54,265 nt of DNA, from positions 1 to 54,265 of the IMG/VR virus record IMGVR_UViG_3300032083_001527; one strand, written 5' to 3'. The stretch's first letter is position 1. Every line of letters begins with the position of its first letter. The notes beneath the pieces are model-generated. The model searched no databases and was not told where the DNA came from. It was given only the letters and a program-made list of their open reading frames with translations. The position numbers and the translations under genes were made by a program. Shown here in pieces: positions 25,808 through 37,158 of this stretch. This DNA comes from a virus. Its lineage: Duplodnaviria > Caudoviricetes.

Positions 25808-27229
25808 TTATGATACTATATTATCTAAACTAACTGTTATTACTGAGTCGTCTATACCAACTTTATCTATTAAAATTAATATATATAATTTATACTCTGT
25901 TGTTCCTGTTCCAGTTGCTCTTATGCTACTAACACTAAATTCAACGTTACCACTAGTTAACGCCACATCGCTAGGCACTGGATGATTACTTGCTTGTGTA
26001 AATGTCTTACCTGTCAATGTATATATTAATGATATTTGTTTATTTTTACCATCATGCTCAAATCCATAGTATTGATTGTTAGCTGCACCTGATCCACCAC
26101 CGTTTATAGCAGCACCAGTAACAGCTGTGCCTATAACCTTAATTACAGAGCCAGTGTATTGATTAAATGTTTGAGTTGGAAAAGTAGATGCTATACTAGA
26201 ATCTTTTGTTCCTGATGTTTCTAAGTTGATCTTATAAGTTGTAGACCTTTTAAAAGCGACAGGTCTATTGTCCGCTGCTATTATAGACTTAGACAATTCA
26301 CATTCATTAGCGTTATCACCATCTGGATTTAAAGTTAAAACTTTTATAGTTTCTCCATCTGCAAAAAATTTATTGTTAGCGTCTGTTAAGAAAATCTCAT
26401 CTCCAACTTGCACGTCTGTTAAGCTATCAAATATAACCTTAGTCGCACCACTTGCCGCCATGCTACCGTTAACCTTGGTTACGCGTATTGTGGGTAAAGA
26501 AGGAAACCTTTGCTTATAAAAATAATGACCTTTTTTATTTAACTTTTGAGATAAAGATTGTTTAACACCAACGGGTAAAACAAAAGTTGAGTTAGTGTTT
26601 GTTAGTATAGAGTTATCGTTACTATCTAAAACACTTAGTTCAAAAGGAGTGTTTGGTGATCCGTATATTTTTATAAACCTTTCTTCACCTTCTTTATTAA
26701 TTGTTGAGCTACCAAGGTATAATCTTTTTATAGTATTAGTTGAAGGCGTGGTAACTCTAGCAACAGAGTAGTTTAAATCAACATTAACATCGTCTCTTGA
26801 CTTTATAGCTCTTGATGAATTACAAACTATATTAAACTTATTTAATGTTGGAGTTTTTTCTATAAATAAATTTAAATTACTATTGTTACCAGAAGATACA
26901 CTAACAGATGGTGGGTTTGATATTTTAAAGTTAGTGCTAGGTGTTATAGTAAATGTAGCTATTGCAACGTTTTTATTATAAGGTATTATACTAGATGTAG
27001 TATTAGTTGTTAACTCATTAACTTTACCAATGTTTGTTCTACTGGTTGAAACTGTAGTTGTGTTATTTATTACTATATTACCATCACTATCTATAGTTTT
27101 ACTACCAAAACTTAGTTGCTTTGAATTTGTTTTTAATTTTTGTGATACAGCTAATCCTGTAAAAGATAAACTTGAATTATAAGTTTTAGCTGCTATTTTT
27201 AATTTTAAATTTGTAGTAGTCTGTAACAT
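25808..27229 (-). CDS. Beta-rich putative tail protein
   Basis: Ser/Thr/Asn-rich, 473 aa, tail module. Confidence 0.5.
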   Translation of the reverse strand: MLQTTTNLKLKIAAKTYNSSLSFTGLAVSQKLKTNSKQLSFGSKTIDSDGNIVINNTTTVSTSRTNIGKVNELTTNTTSSIIPYNKNVAIATFTITPSTNFKISNPPSVSVSSGNNSNLNLFIEKTPTLNKFNIVCNSSRAIKSRDDVNVDLNYSVARVTTPSTNTIKRLYLGSSTINKEGEERFIKIYGSPNTPFELSVLDSNDNSILTNTNSTFVLPVGVKQSLSQKLNKKGHYFYKQRFPSLPTIRVTKVNGSMAASGATKVIFDSLTDVQVGDEIFLTDANNKFFADGETIKVLTLNPDGDNANECELSKSIIAADNRPVAFKRSTTYKINLETSGTKDSSIASTFPTQTFNQYTGSVIKVIGTAVTGAAINGGGSGAANNQYYGFEHDGKNKQISLIYTLTGKTFTQASNHPVPSDVALTSGNVEFSVSSIRATGTGTTEYKLYILILIDKVGIDDSVITVSLDNIVS

Positions 27230-27233
27230 AATT

Positions 27234-28805
27234 TTATACTTCTGTTGGATATAGATTTAAAAATATTTTATTGTTTTTAATTAAACCCGCTAAATCATCA
27301 GCTATCGATGATGCGGCTTGCCAAAAAGGAATTTCTAAGTTTGATTGAAAAGGTATTTTTACTTTAATTGTTTTTGTATCTATACTACCATCGGGTTTTA
27401 CAACTTGAGTTATTTCAGCATTAGCAATATCTAAATAACTATTATTTTGAGTAACAACTCCACTGGTATTTGTTTCTGAAACAAGTAGTGTGTAATTTTC
27501 AGGCGTGATAACACTACACGACATGAGCCAGTTATTAACATCAAGTGAATCTGTTGATGGATCATTATCTGATCCAGCAGCGCTTGTTGATATAATTTTC
27601 CAAATATCAGCTGTTTCGGCTATAAGCTCGTAATCAGGGTTGTCACCAACTGATATATACCACTGTAGATGGGTTGGTAAAACTCCATCTCCGGGTGTTA
27701 AAAAAGGATAATCTGTAGGATTTAAATATGGAATACTACCCGCACCACCTTCACCAGACCACGCTGCAATTCGATACCCTTCATTTCTTTGTAGATCATG
27801 AGCAACAGGATTTGACTCAGCATTAGGACCAATTGTTCCTTGTGTTAAAGTAATGTTAGCACTAGCATTGAGATCCATTCCATTAGATCCAGTAGCTCTA
27901 GGTGGAATTAAACATAAAATTGATCCGCACTCTGTGGTTACATTATTAGTGTTGTTAACATCAAACCATCCGCTCCAAGTGTTTCCATCTTCGAATGTAG
28001 CTGAACCACTATATTGATTATAAGTTGTTGGTTGAAAACTAGCTAAAGGAGAATCTTGTTGTGGATCTGGTGAACCAACAAAGTATCCTGGATTATTATT
28101 TAACCATAAAAAATTAGGATCATACACAGGTATGTTTCTGTAAGCATAAAGATCGTCTTCGTCATTAAAACAATTCCTGTTTTGAAGCCAGTAAATACTA
28201 CTCGCGTAGGCAGCATCATCAAAATATTTAGCTACAAAAATATCGCAGTTTTCATAATTAGAGTTAATTATTAATTCAAAAAATTGGAGACCTATGCTAT
28301 TATTAGTTGGGGTCCAAACCTCTTCTTCTTGACAAGGGGCTGCCGTACATCCAAAATCTAAATTTATATAAACATCATTACTAGGCATAGTAAAACCAGG
28401 ATCTAGTTGAACCATAACTATAATCTCGTTGTTGCAATTAGTATCACCATCTGTTAGGGTGTCATATATTCTTACTTGATTTAAAGTGCCTTGGTACTGA
28501 GATATAGCTGCACCTGTTGTATTAGAATTCATCTGCCAACTACGTACAGAGGTTTCTAGTGGAGATAATGCACCAATGTTAGCAGGAGAAATACTATTTA
28601 AAAAAACCATGTTTGAATTTATACGGTAATTAGGTAGTGGAGATATTTTTAAAAAATATGAATATACGGTTTGAGCTTGAGAAGAAGTATAACCCGTACC
28701 ACTAGGTAGGGTTTGAGCCTCTAGTGTTCCTGCGCTCATGTTATCTCCAGCAAACTCTTCTGCTGAATATGATGTTATAGTACAATTTTGTAGTGAACTT
28801 GACAT
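27234..28805 (-). CDS. Acidic putative tail/receptor-binding protein
   Basis: 523 aa, Asn/Ser/Asp-rich, follows the tail nozzle gene. Confidence 0.45.
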   Translation of the reverse strand: MSSSLQNCTITSYSAEEFAGDNMSAGTLEAQTLPSGTGYTSSQAQTVYSYFLKISPLPNYRINSNMVFLNSISPANIGALSPLETSVRSWQMNSNTTGAAISQYQGTLNQVRIYDTLTDGDTNCNNEIIVMVQLDPGFTMPSNDVYINLDFGCTAAPCQEEEVWTPTNNSIGLQFFELIINSNYENCDIFVAKYFDDAAYASSIYWLQNRNCFNDEDDLYAYRNIPVYDPNFLWLNNNPGYFVGSPDPQQDSPLASFQPTTYNQYSGSATFEDGNTWSGWFDVNNTNNVTTECGSILCLIPPRATGSNGMDLNASANITLTQGTIGPNAESNPVAHDLQRNEGYRIAAWSGEGGAGSIPYLNPTDYPFLTPGDGVLPTHLQWYISVGDNPDYELIAETADIWKIISTSAAGSDNDPSTDSLDVNNWLMSCSVITPENYTLLVSETNTSGVVTQNNSYLDIANAEITQVVKPDGSIDTKTIKVKIPFQSNLEIPFWQAASSIADDLAGLIKNNKIFLNLYPTEV

Positions 28806-28816
28806 AATTAATTATA

Positions 28817-31800
28817 TTAACCAGAGTAACCAGAGTTATTAGAACCCTGACCAGCTGGATCGTTACTAGTATCGTTTTGAATAGTAAAAGTAAAAGTAGA
28901 AGGTGCTACTTCTGGTAGTTCAACCACCGTAGGATTACCTATACCCTGAACAGTAAACTCATTAGTATCTAAATTTGCCTGTGAACTCTGTACACCTTGT
29001 ATTCTATTAAACCATTTATTTTCTTTATCTATAAACTCAACAACTCTACCTTCCTGTAGATCAGTATTTAAAGCATCAACCCACCAGCCATTTTTACCTA
29101 TTAAGTTGTAGTAGTCATAATCATCTAGATTTTGTATAACTCTAGATTGTGAACCTTCATAGTTCATAGCTTTAAAAGATTTTACCTGACCAGGAGCATC
29201 GTTAAATACAACTTCTAATTTAGACTCACTAAAAGAGTTTAGAGAAGTTGCACCATAAAATAAATTTCTACCTACATTTGGTGAGTAATGTTTCCATATT
29301 GTACCATCTTTAACCGTTAGGTATTGACCAGAGATAGATAAACCTTCATCTGGTTTAAACGATTTAAAACTAACCCAACCTTTAGAAGTTTCGTTAAAAG
29401 AAATTGTTGGGCCATTAGCTGGTGATGGTGTAAACGTTAAGTTATATTCACCATTAACAGTATCAAAGTTACCAAGAAGTTTAGTTTTATTTTTTAAATT
29501 TTTTCTAAACCAAGTTTTCATACCAACACTTGATATAGGAGTTAAACCATCTCTTGATAATCTAAGAACAGCTCCTCTTTGTGTGTCGGTAAAATACATT
29601 CTGTATTGATCAACAGCTAAAGATTCTGGATTATTAGATATGCCATAGTCACCTAAAAATGTAGATACTTGTCCTAGCACTCTATCAGTTGCTGTTAACT
29701 GTGGATTACCATCTGCATTAAACACAGCTTCTTTATTTGCTAAAATTCTTAATATTCTATCTTCACAAAAAGCAATAACATCTGTATCTCTACTTTTTAA
29801 TCTTTGTATAGAGCCATAAGCCGGGTTTAAATCTTTAATTATTTTTTCACCCATGTTAAATTCATTTAAATCATTAACACCAGATGTTGTATTATATAAA
29901 CCTGAATATATTAAACTACTTGTTTTGTTCTCTTGACCAAAGTCATCTATTGTTGCAGATACTCTAACACCATTATCTATTTGAGGTGCGTTAAAGTCAT
30001 CACGTATTCTATCTGATTCTACTCCGTTACCAAATGAATAACAATTATGCCAACCAAGTTGAACAGCATATTGATAAACATCTTTTTTAATTTGGTAGTA
30101 ACCTGTTTGAAAATGTAAGGTTACATCAAATGAAGTACCAGCTACAGCATCAGGATCAGCTTCATCGAAACCAGTTATCCATCGAACATCTGTTAATTGA
30201 TTGTTACCACCAAATGAACCAAAGGGTGGAAAATGTTTTAAGAATATATTACCAGGAACATCATCTCCAACTACACTAGCGCCGTGGCCACCTATACCGT
30301 CACTTACGGCAAAAGCACTCACATCGTTAAACGCAGAACCATCTTGATTTGTTATAGATATTGTTCCTTGCGGTAAATCATCTGTAACACCACCATCAAA
30401 AGTTATAGTAACATCTACAGTTGGACCTGCTACGTATGTTACATTACTACCAGATGGAGCTTTATAATATTTTTCAACTTCACTTTTTGTAATTAAACCA
30501 CTACTATGTTCAAAGCTAATGTGATCGCCAATACCTATTCCACTTTTATGTACACCAACGACATCATCAGCGTTAGTTGATATTACTTTTATTATAGATT
30601 CGTTTTGTGTATACTCTGCTCCACCAACTTTAATATCTTTAAAAAGGTTTCCATCTAAATCAGTGGTTAAGCTGTTTATTTGATTACCACCTTCAATATC
30701 AAAGTATTGACTAAACACTCTAGATTTTAATGGTGCGTAAGCCAACGTGTTACCTTGTTCTAGTTTCATAGGTAGCGCATGTGTAGCTTCATAGTATATA
30801 TCAAGTTCTTCACCTTCTTTAGGTTCTGTTTCCCAAACACCTCTATCTGTTTCAGCTTCAATTACATCTCCACCGCTAATAAGAGCTCTTTGTAGTATAC
30901 TAAATCTTATAGCCCCAGCTGATCCATCGTGTTTAGCTTGACCTCTAGGATCAAACGCTTCTAAATCAGTTATACCTTCGTTTAGTATTTCCCCTGTTAC
31001 TTCATCTACTTTTCTAAACTCAAATCTTATAGAGTGTCTATTACAACCTCTTTGACTACCTTTACACTCTCTACATATAGCTTGATCTAAAAAATTACCA
31101 TCATTACCACCTGGATCACCAGCTATATTATTTTTCCTACATCCAACTTTTATTTTAATTGGTTCAGCTGGATAAGAAGAGTTAATAGAACCAGAAACGT
31201 AAAAATCTAGTTGAGAGCCCGTTAAATAAGAAGCTCCACTTTCTTTTAATATACTCCAGCAATCTATAGGATTGTTATTCTCATCCACACAATTAGCATT
31301 TTCACCGCCCCATCTTAAATCTGTTTCTGAAGCACTACTTCCACCAAGTAGAAATGTAGTACTATCATAAGCTGTTGAACTTGGACTTGATATATCTGGA
31401 CCAAAAGGATTGTTGTTGTTTGTAACAGGTTGTGTAGTAGATATTACTTTCTCTTTAAATTGATTATCATCATCATCTACTTCATCATTATCAAACGCAC
31501 GGCCAAAGTTTTTTATTTCGTTTGAATATTGTATTGGTAAACTAACACTTCCATCGGGACTAGATTCAACAACTACATATGTGTGTGGTTCGCCTCCTGG
31601 ACCAGATCCATCATCTAAAAATCTAAAATAAGTTCCAGGTGTTGTAAAGTAATTGTAAACAGTTAAAGCACCACCAACACCATTTAACTCAGATATATCT
31701 GTCGCGAATGTGCCTTCTGCTCCCCAACTATCTTGAGATCCATCTACACCTTTAGTTTGACTAAACACCATTCTGCACATACCAACTGCTGTTGGATCTG

Positions 31801-34800
31801 CACTCGTGTCTAGTGCTGTTGGCTTGTAATTGAATATATACGGAGGAGTAGAGTATTCAGTATCATCATTTGATAATGTTGTTAGTCCGTATCCAGCCGC
31901 TGGATCAGACGCATTTCCTCTAATACCCATCTCTGTTGTGTTACCAGAATTTGTACCAAACTCTTGTAAACGATATTTAGTAGCTCTAGCTCCATCTAAA
32001 AAAACTCTATTTCTAATATTAATACCTAGCCCAGCTATATTAGCATATGATGTGCCTAAAGTAGATTGATGCCAAGTTAAAAAATTTTCCCAATAAGCTC
32101 TTGTTATAGCACCATAGTTAATAACTTTATCAGCGTTGTTGCTTCCAAAGTTATCATCAAAATGTTCCACTCCTATACCTTGTAAAACACCGTTTCTTTG
32201 GCAACCTAAAGCAAAGAAGTTAGCTTGAATAGGATCATTACTTAAACCTTGAGGTGCTGGATTTTCTGAAAACTCACCCCAACCCCACCAGATATAAGGT
32301 GAATTTGACGTGTCTGTTACGTTTGCTGAACCAGTTGATTCTGCATCTAAATCAGCGTAAACACCAGTGCTACCAAATGCAGTATTACCACCACCTACAT
32401 AAGAGTATGGACCAGACTTAGCTGGACTATAAGTTTGTGAATCAACATAGCTTATAGCCACTTGATCTATCTCGGTAAAACCAATAGATGATGCTGTTAT
32501 TTTTTCTACATATTTTTCTATTGGTTCATCTTTTTCTATTAATACAAAAAATCTACCATCAAACTCTGGTTTGTTTTCTACCACCTCCTCTTTAAACTCT
32601 AAGAAGTAATTTAAATCATTAGCAGAAGGATCTGCTTCAAGTAAATTTAGTGCGTAACCAGCTAACGTGAAACGTTCTCTCATATTAGCACTTTCACCAA
32701 ATGATTTATTAAATCTAATTGTAGCGACGTTGTCCGTTGAACCTACTGTACCTCTACTAAAGTTTGTTACTTTTTTAAAATCTCCACTTACTATTTTGTT
32801 AACAGTAACACCTGTTGAATTATTAATAGTTCTACCAACAACTCTAGCTAGTAGTTGACCTCTTTTATTAGGACCGTATGTATCCAAAAAGTTTTGATAT
32901 TCATCTGGTCCAATGTCAATAGCTTTTCCCCTATCAGGATCTATAAGTAAAGTTGGATCAGCAGTATTTACAACATCACCACCACCATCATGGGTAAACT
33001 CTGATCCTAATCTTACCTCACCCATAAACCTATGGTCTATCTTTATAAAATCAGGAGCTTCATTTTCTATAGCTATTATTTTATATCTAGCATCTTCTAA
33101 TACTGGTATGTTTTCTCCATGAGCTTTTTTTAATTCTAAGTAAGTTTCAATATCTACTTTGTTTCTATCTGCTGATGGAAAAGATAACCATATATTTTCC
33201 TGTTCCTCAGCATAGTACCATCTATCCATCACCATACTATAGTATTCGTTAGAAGTTTCTTTAACGTAATACTTAACGTAATCCATCCACTCCATAGTGT
33301 CAGGCGTACTAGCTGGTAAACCTAGTTTGTTCCAGTCTTGTTGAACTAGTAGTTTATTAGACATTGCAGCTAGTTGTTTTTTAACTCTTACATCGTCTGT
33401 TTCAACTATATAGTTGGTTGTTGTTGGATCAGAATCTAAATCAATTAATCTATTTGATACAATAACAGGTGTTTCTCTACCGTACTTATCACCAAAAACC
33501 ATACCAACTTTATAATCTCTAATAGTTTTTACAGATCTTTTAGGTTGACCATTTACAGGTTCACTTACAACATTTTGAGTTAAACCAACAGGATATGTTA
33601 GATCAAAACCTTGTACGTAATTACCGTACACTACTCTACTACCAGTTATTTCTTGAGCTTTAGCGTGCCTAGGTACATTGTCAAAAGCTCTAAGTATTTG
33701 ATTTGAAGGTATAGCTCTATGTATAGTTTCTGATTTAATAGTTAAGCTACCAGTTTCTATACTTAATTGAGTTGTGTTATTGTTATCAACAGTCGTATCG
33801 TTTGGAGTAAATAACTCCCACTCGTTATCTCTAACCTTCTTAATACTCTTTATACTGTACACCGTTGGATTATCAGTTGATTTGTATAGCACTTCAACTT
33901 CTACAATATCTAAAGCTCTATCAGTGTAATAAGGTATAAAATCTTTTATAGTTAATTCTCTTATAGTATTTATCATACCTAAGTTATGGCCTTTCTTTAC
34001 GTCATAATCAAAAAGACCTGGATCAAAAGCTAATTCAGAAAATGGAGAGAATGCAGAGTACTCGCCATCTTCGTATTTATATCTATAACCAAACCTAGCA
34101 AACTTTAATTCAAACTTTGGTTTTTCTAAACTAGTAACTTCAAAAGACCAAGAGGTCATATCATTTTCAATTATCAAACTAGGTTCAGTTAAAACTTTAA
34201 CTCTTATTTTATTGGTTACAAAATCAACGGGCACAGATGTTGTTGACGCTTCATCTAAGTATGTTAAGAACTCAACTTTAAAATCAACTGCATCAAATCC
34301 CACTTCAACTTCTTCTTGAGTTACTGTTAATACATCTCCTTGAATTAAAGGTATTTGACTAAGCTCAGGTGATGATATACCTATGTTTACTGCGGTACCG
34401 CTAGTGTCATAAGATAAACCTATTTGCAATTCGTCACCTACTATTGGTTGAACTCCACCTGATATCCAAGGAACTAAACCAGATGTGTTTAAATATTCGT
34501 TTACCGTAAACTTTAACTCAGCTACATCACGAGCATCAACATGTATAGTCGGTGCTGTTTTAGGCGCTGGTCTAAGAACAGTAACATGCTCTTCTAATAA
34601 ATCATTGTTAACATTACCAAGGTTAGCATCACTAAACTCTACGTCACCAGCATCAACTAAGTCACCATTATTGTTTGTAATTAAAAGTTGTGTGTGAGTA
34701 TCAATATCAGCAGTAGTACCTGCTTTACATCTTGTTATGTTTATTTTTTTAGGCTCATGTACACCATCAGTAAAGAATAGCAAATCATCTATAATGTTTA

Positions 34801-35515
34801 TAGCTGTAACATGATTGTCTGGATGTAGATTTAAAACTCTTGGATGTTCAAACTCTGCGTGAGTAAACGTACTGCTATCCCAAGAAGAAGCATCTATAGG
34901 ATCATAAAGCCTTATTATATTACCATCAATCTTTTTAATCTTAATAAAAGCAGAGTTATCATTAGCAGTGTTATACAAAGTAAGAGTCATGTTCTCTCTA
35001 ATTCTACTTGTAAATCCAGCAACTAAAGTTATGTTTATTGTGCTCGATGTAAACTGAGTGAAATCAGTTATTACATTAGCTATAGGTGAGTGGACTCTCC
35101 ATATATCAACAACAACAGGTGAGCAAGCATTTGTGTCTACGTTTTGCTCAACTATAGTATCTAGCATTGTTACGATGCTAGTTGTCGCATTATATGATTC
35201 AGCATCTTGATCTTTTGGTGTAAATAAAAAATAAGCATTATTTGTTTTTTCATCACCTACAGATCCAACACAAGTCATATCACCTTGAGAAACAGAAACA
35301 GTATCACCACTACTTTCATTACCACTGTAGTAGCCTATGTTAGTATTTCCTTCTAAATTTTGAACGACACCACCATCACCTTGGCCATCACTACCTCCAT
35401 CTGTAGTTCTAACCTGTATGTTAACCGCGTCTCTGTACTGGCCTTGAGGAACTAATCTTATATCAAGATCTTTATTCATCTTACCACCAGTAAAACTATG
35501 TTTGATTTCTGCCAT
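28817..35515 (-). CDS. Tail nozzle/stabilization protein (P22 gp10 / crAss muzzle-like) with large insertion
   Basis: F..GKMNKDLD.RLVP.GQYRDA.N; LFFTDG..EPKKINI; RFGYRYKYEDGEYS..SPFS; GNGVESDRIRDDFN; YGISNNPES..YFTD..RGAVLRLS.DGLTPIS; GWVSFKSF; F.DKE.KWF. Confidence 0.75.
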   Translation of the reverse strand: MAEIKHSFTGGKMNKDLDIRLVPQGQYRDAVNIQVRTTDGGSDGQGDGGVVQNLEGNTNIGYYSGNESSGDTVSVSQGDMTCVGSVGDEKTNNAYFLFTPKDQDAESYNATTSIVTMLDTIVEQNVDTNACSPVVVDIWRVHSPIANVITDFTQFTSSTINITLVAGFTSRIRENMTLTLYNTANDNSAFIKIKKIDGNIIRLYDPIDASSWDSSTFTHAEFEHPRVLNLHPDNHVTAINIIDDLLFFTDGVHEPKKINITRCKAGTTADIDTHTQLLITNNNGDLVDAGDVEFSDANLGNVNNDLLEEHVTVLRPAPKTAPTIHVDARDVAELKFTVNEYLNTSGLVPWISGGVQPIVGDELQIGLSYDTSGTAVNIGISSPELSQIPLIQGDVLTVTQEEVEVGFDAVDFKVEFLTYLDEASTTSVPVDFVTNKIRVKVLTEPSLIIENDMTSWSFEVTSLEKPKFELKFARFGYRYKYEDGEYSAFSPFSELAFDPGLFDYDVKKGHNLGMINTIRELTIKDFIPYYTDRALDIVEVEVLYKSTDNPTVYSIKSIKKVRDNEWELFTPNDTTVDNNNTTQLSIETGSLTIKSETIHRAIPSNQILRAFDNVPRHAKAQEITGSRVVYGNYVQGFDLTYPVGLTQNVVSEPVNGQPKRSVKTIRDYKVGMVFGDKYGRETPVIVSNRLIDLDSDPTTTNYIVETDDVRVKKQLAAMSNKLLVQQDWNKLGLPASTPDTMEWMDYVKYYVKETSNEYYSMVMDRWYYAEEQENIWLSFPSADRNKVDIETYLELKKAHGENIPVLEDARYKIIAIENEAPDFIKIDHRFMGEVRLGSEFTHDGGGDVVNTADPTLLIDPDRGKAIDIGPDEYQNFLDTYGPNKRGQLLARVVGRTINNSTGVTVNKIVSGDFKKVTNFSRGTVGSTDNVATIRFNKSFGESANMRERFTLAGYALNLLEADPSANDLNYFLEFKEEVVENKPEFDGRFFVLIEKDEPIEKYVEKITASSIGFTEIDQVAISYVDSQTYSPAKSGPYSYVGGGNTAFGSTGVYADLDAESTGSANVTDTSNSPYIWWGWGEFSENPAPQGLSNDPIQANFFALGCQRNGVLQGIGVEHFDDNFGSNNADKVINYGAITRAYWENFLTWHQSTLGTSYANIAGLGINIRNRVFLDGARATKYRLQEFGTNSGNTTEMGIRGNASDPAAGYGLTTLSNDDTEYSTPPYIFNYKPTALDTSADPTAVGMCRMVFSQTKGVDGSQDSWGAEGTFATDISELNGVGGALTVYNYFTTPGTYFRFLDDGSGPGGEPHTYVVVESSPDGSVSLPIQYSNEIKNFGRAFDNDEVDDDDNQFKEKVISTTQPVTNNNNPFGPDISSPSSTAYDSTTFLLGGSSASETDLRWGGENANCVDENNNPIDCWSILKESGASYLTGSQLDFYVSGSINSSYPAEPIKIKVGCRKNNIAGDPGGNDGNFLDQAICRECKGSQRGCNRHSIRFEFRKVDEVTGEILNEGITDLEAFDPRGQAKHDGSAGAIRFSILQRALISGGDVIEAETDRGVWETEPKEGEELDIYYEATHALPMKLEQGNTLAYAPLKSRVFSQYFDIEGGNQINSLTTDLDGNLFKDIKVGGAEYTQNESIIKVISTNADDVVGVHKSGIGIGDHISFEHSSGLITKSEVEKYYKAPSGSNVTYVAGPTVDVTITFDGGVTDDLPQGTISITNQDGSAFNDVSAFAVSDGIGGHGASVVGDDVPGNIFLKHFPPFGSFGGNNQLTDVRWITGFDEADPDAVAGTSFDVTLHFQTGYYQIKKDVYQYAVQLGWHNCYSFGNGVESDRIRDDFNAPQIDNGVRVSATIDDFGQENKTSSLIYSGLYNTTSGVNDLNEFNMGEKIIKDLNPAYGSIQRLKSRDTDVIAFCEDRILRILANKEAVFNADGNPQLTATDRVLGQVSTFLGDYGISNNPESLAVDQYRMYFTDTQRGAVLRLSRDGLTPISSVGMKTWFRKNLKNKTKLLGNFDTVNGEYNLTFTPSPANGPTISFNETSKGWVSFKSFKPDEGLSISGQYLTVKDGTIWKHYSPNVGRNLFYGATSLNSFSESKLEVVFNDAPGQVKSFKAMNYEGSQSRVIQNLDDYDYYNLIGKNGWWVDALNTDLQEGRVVEFIDKENKWFNRIQGVQSSQANLDTNEFTVQGIGNPTVVELPEVAPSTFTFTIQNDTSNDPAGQGSNNSGYSG

Positions 35516-35519
35516 AATT

Positions 35520-36401
35520 TTATTTTATTTGTTTGCCCATACCTTTAAGTATCTGCGTGAATTCTTCAATCTTAATATTTGATAATCTTATTTTTGCTTT
35601 TCTAGTTTCAGCAAATCTTTCTTTTTTAAATCTTTGAACTATATACTCTGGCATATTAGATCTTGTAGATAATATACCATAAGCTATATGTTTATAACAA
35701 GCTTCTTCACAAAACTTATGCACAACCATTTCTGCGTCTGTACCTAGACCATCGCTAACGTAATGAAGTGTTATTGTTTCACCTGCTAGTGCAGCACCGA
35801 ACTTTATTAAACCTCTTAATTGGTCTATAAAAAAACTACCGTTTATTTGTGAGTATTGCGGATCTAACCCATATCTTCTACCTTCTGTAGATATCTCTAT
35901 ATCAGAAGAATAGTTGATATCATACAGTTGATAATTGATAGGTGTTACATTTTGAAAGTTAGTAGAAGTATTACTTGGTGTTTGCTCTGTTAAGGCGTTA
36001 GCTGTAAATTGATATACACCACTTGCATCTTGTGTTATAGCAAAAGGATCAGATGTTTTTCTAGCTGGATATAAAGGCCTTTCTAAACCATCACTACCAA
36101 CCCTAACTATTTTAATGTAGTTAACATAATCTTGAGGTAGTATCATTGATAGTGTGTTAGGTACTTCTATTTCTTGAGATTTGAAAGATCTTAACACATC
36201 GTATGATAATTCTTGTATAGCGCGCATAGCGTGAAACTGAATATCAGTTCTATTTACTTTACTTATGATTTTATTTTCACCAACATAAGCAACCATAAAA
36301 GCATTTATGATATTATCTAAAGTTGTAAATTGATAATCGCCGTAGTTAGCGGCGTTACCAGATCCATAATAAGTTTCTTGATTTTGACTTAGTAATCCCA
36401 T
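35520..36401 (-). CDS. Tail ring/adaptor protein
   Basis: RAIQELSYD..LPQDYVNYIKI..L.YVSDG; position between MCP and nozzle. Confidence 0.65.
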   Translation of the reverse strand: MGLLSQNQETYYGSGNAANYGDYQFTTLDNIINAFMVAYVGENKIISKVNRTDIQFHAMRAIQELSYDVLRSFKSQEIEVPNTLSMILPQDYVNYIKIVRVGSDGLERPLYPARKTSDPFAITQDASGVYQFTANALTEQTPSNTSTNFQNVTPINYQLYDINYSSDIEISTEGRRYGLDPQYSQINGSFFIDQLRGLIKFGAALAGETITLHYVSDGLGTDAEMVVHKFCEEACYKHIAYGILSTRSNMPEYIVQRFKKERFAETRKAKIRLSNIKIEEFTQILKGMGKQIK

Positions 36402-36403
36402 TG

Positions 36404-37150
36404 TTAACTATTTTGTTCTTGATTTTTTACCTGCATTTGAGTTGCCCCAGCTTGTTGTATATCTTGTTTCTGTATTGTTACTCCAGCTAAGATTAATATT
36501 TTATTAACTAAGTTTTCTTCTTCAGATTGATGTAGTTGAAAATCAGTTGAAGTTCCAGCGTTATATAGGGCTTTTTCAAAACCACTTGGACCAGCTAAAA
36601 CATACCCCCAATTAGGCTTTGTAGGATCTTTGTAATAAAAAACTCTCCAAGCACTTGACACAATTAAATCACTACCATTAGGATGAAATTGTAGATAAGC
36701 AATACCACTACTTAATCCTGTGTGAACATATATAGATCTACTAGTAGATGGGGCCGTTAATGGATTATTTAAAATATGATCAAGCTCGCTAGCACTTACT
36801 CTTTCTGCTGTTTTACCAGAAGCCGTATTATTACCTACAACTTTTATTATTCTATAGGGGTTGACACTACTAGGTAGTGCTGCACCACCAGCGGCAGTTG
36901 AAACAGTTATTAAGTCACTTTCTATAAAACCACTTAGCTTGTGCTCAATAGATTCTAAAATATCTGAGTGTTGTTTTTGACTATTAGGTTTTCTTTGAGC
37001 TAAATTAAGTTGATGAAAATAATTTTCATAAATTTCATTTTGCGCTTTATCAGAAAATAAGTTAAACTCTTGGGGTGTTACATAACCTCTCTGTTCTTTA
37101 TTACAAAGTGCTAAAACTTTTTGATAAACATTATCTATTGGTACTGCCAT
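36404..37150 (-). CDS. Head-tail connector/ring protein
   Basis: VYQKVLAL.NKEQRGY.TPQEFN..AQ; P..PNWGY; DFQLH.SEE..LV.KIL..AG. Confidence 0.65.
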   Translation of the reverse strand: MAVPIDNVYQKVLALCNKEQRGYVTPQEFNLFSDKAQNEIYENYFHQLNLAQRKPNSQKQHSDILESIEHKLSGFIESDLITVSTAAGGAALPSSVNPYRIIKVVGNNTASGKTAERVSASELDHILNNPLTAPSTSRSIYVHTGLSSGIAYLQFHPNGSDLIVSSAWRVFYYKDPTKPNWGYVLAGPSGFEKALYNAGTSTDFQLHQSEEENLVNKILILAGVTIQKQDIQQAGATQMQVKNQEQNS

Positions 37151-37158
37151 AATTATTT

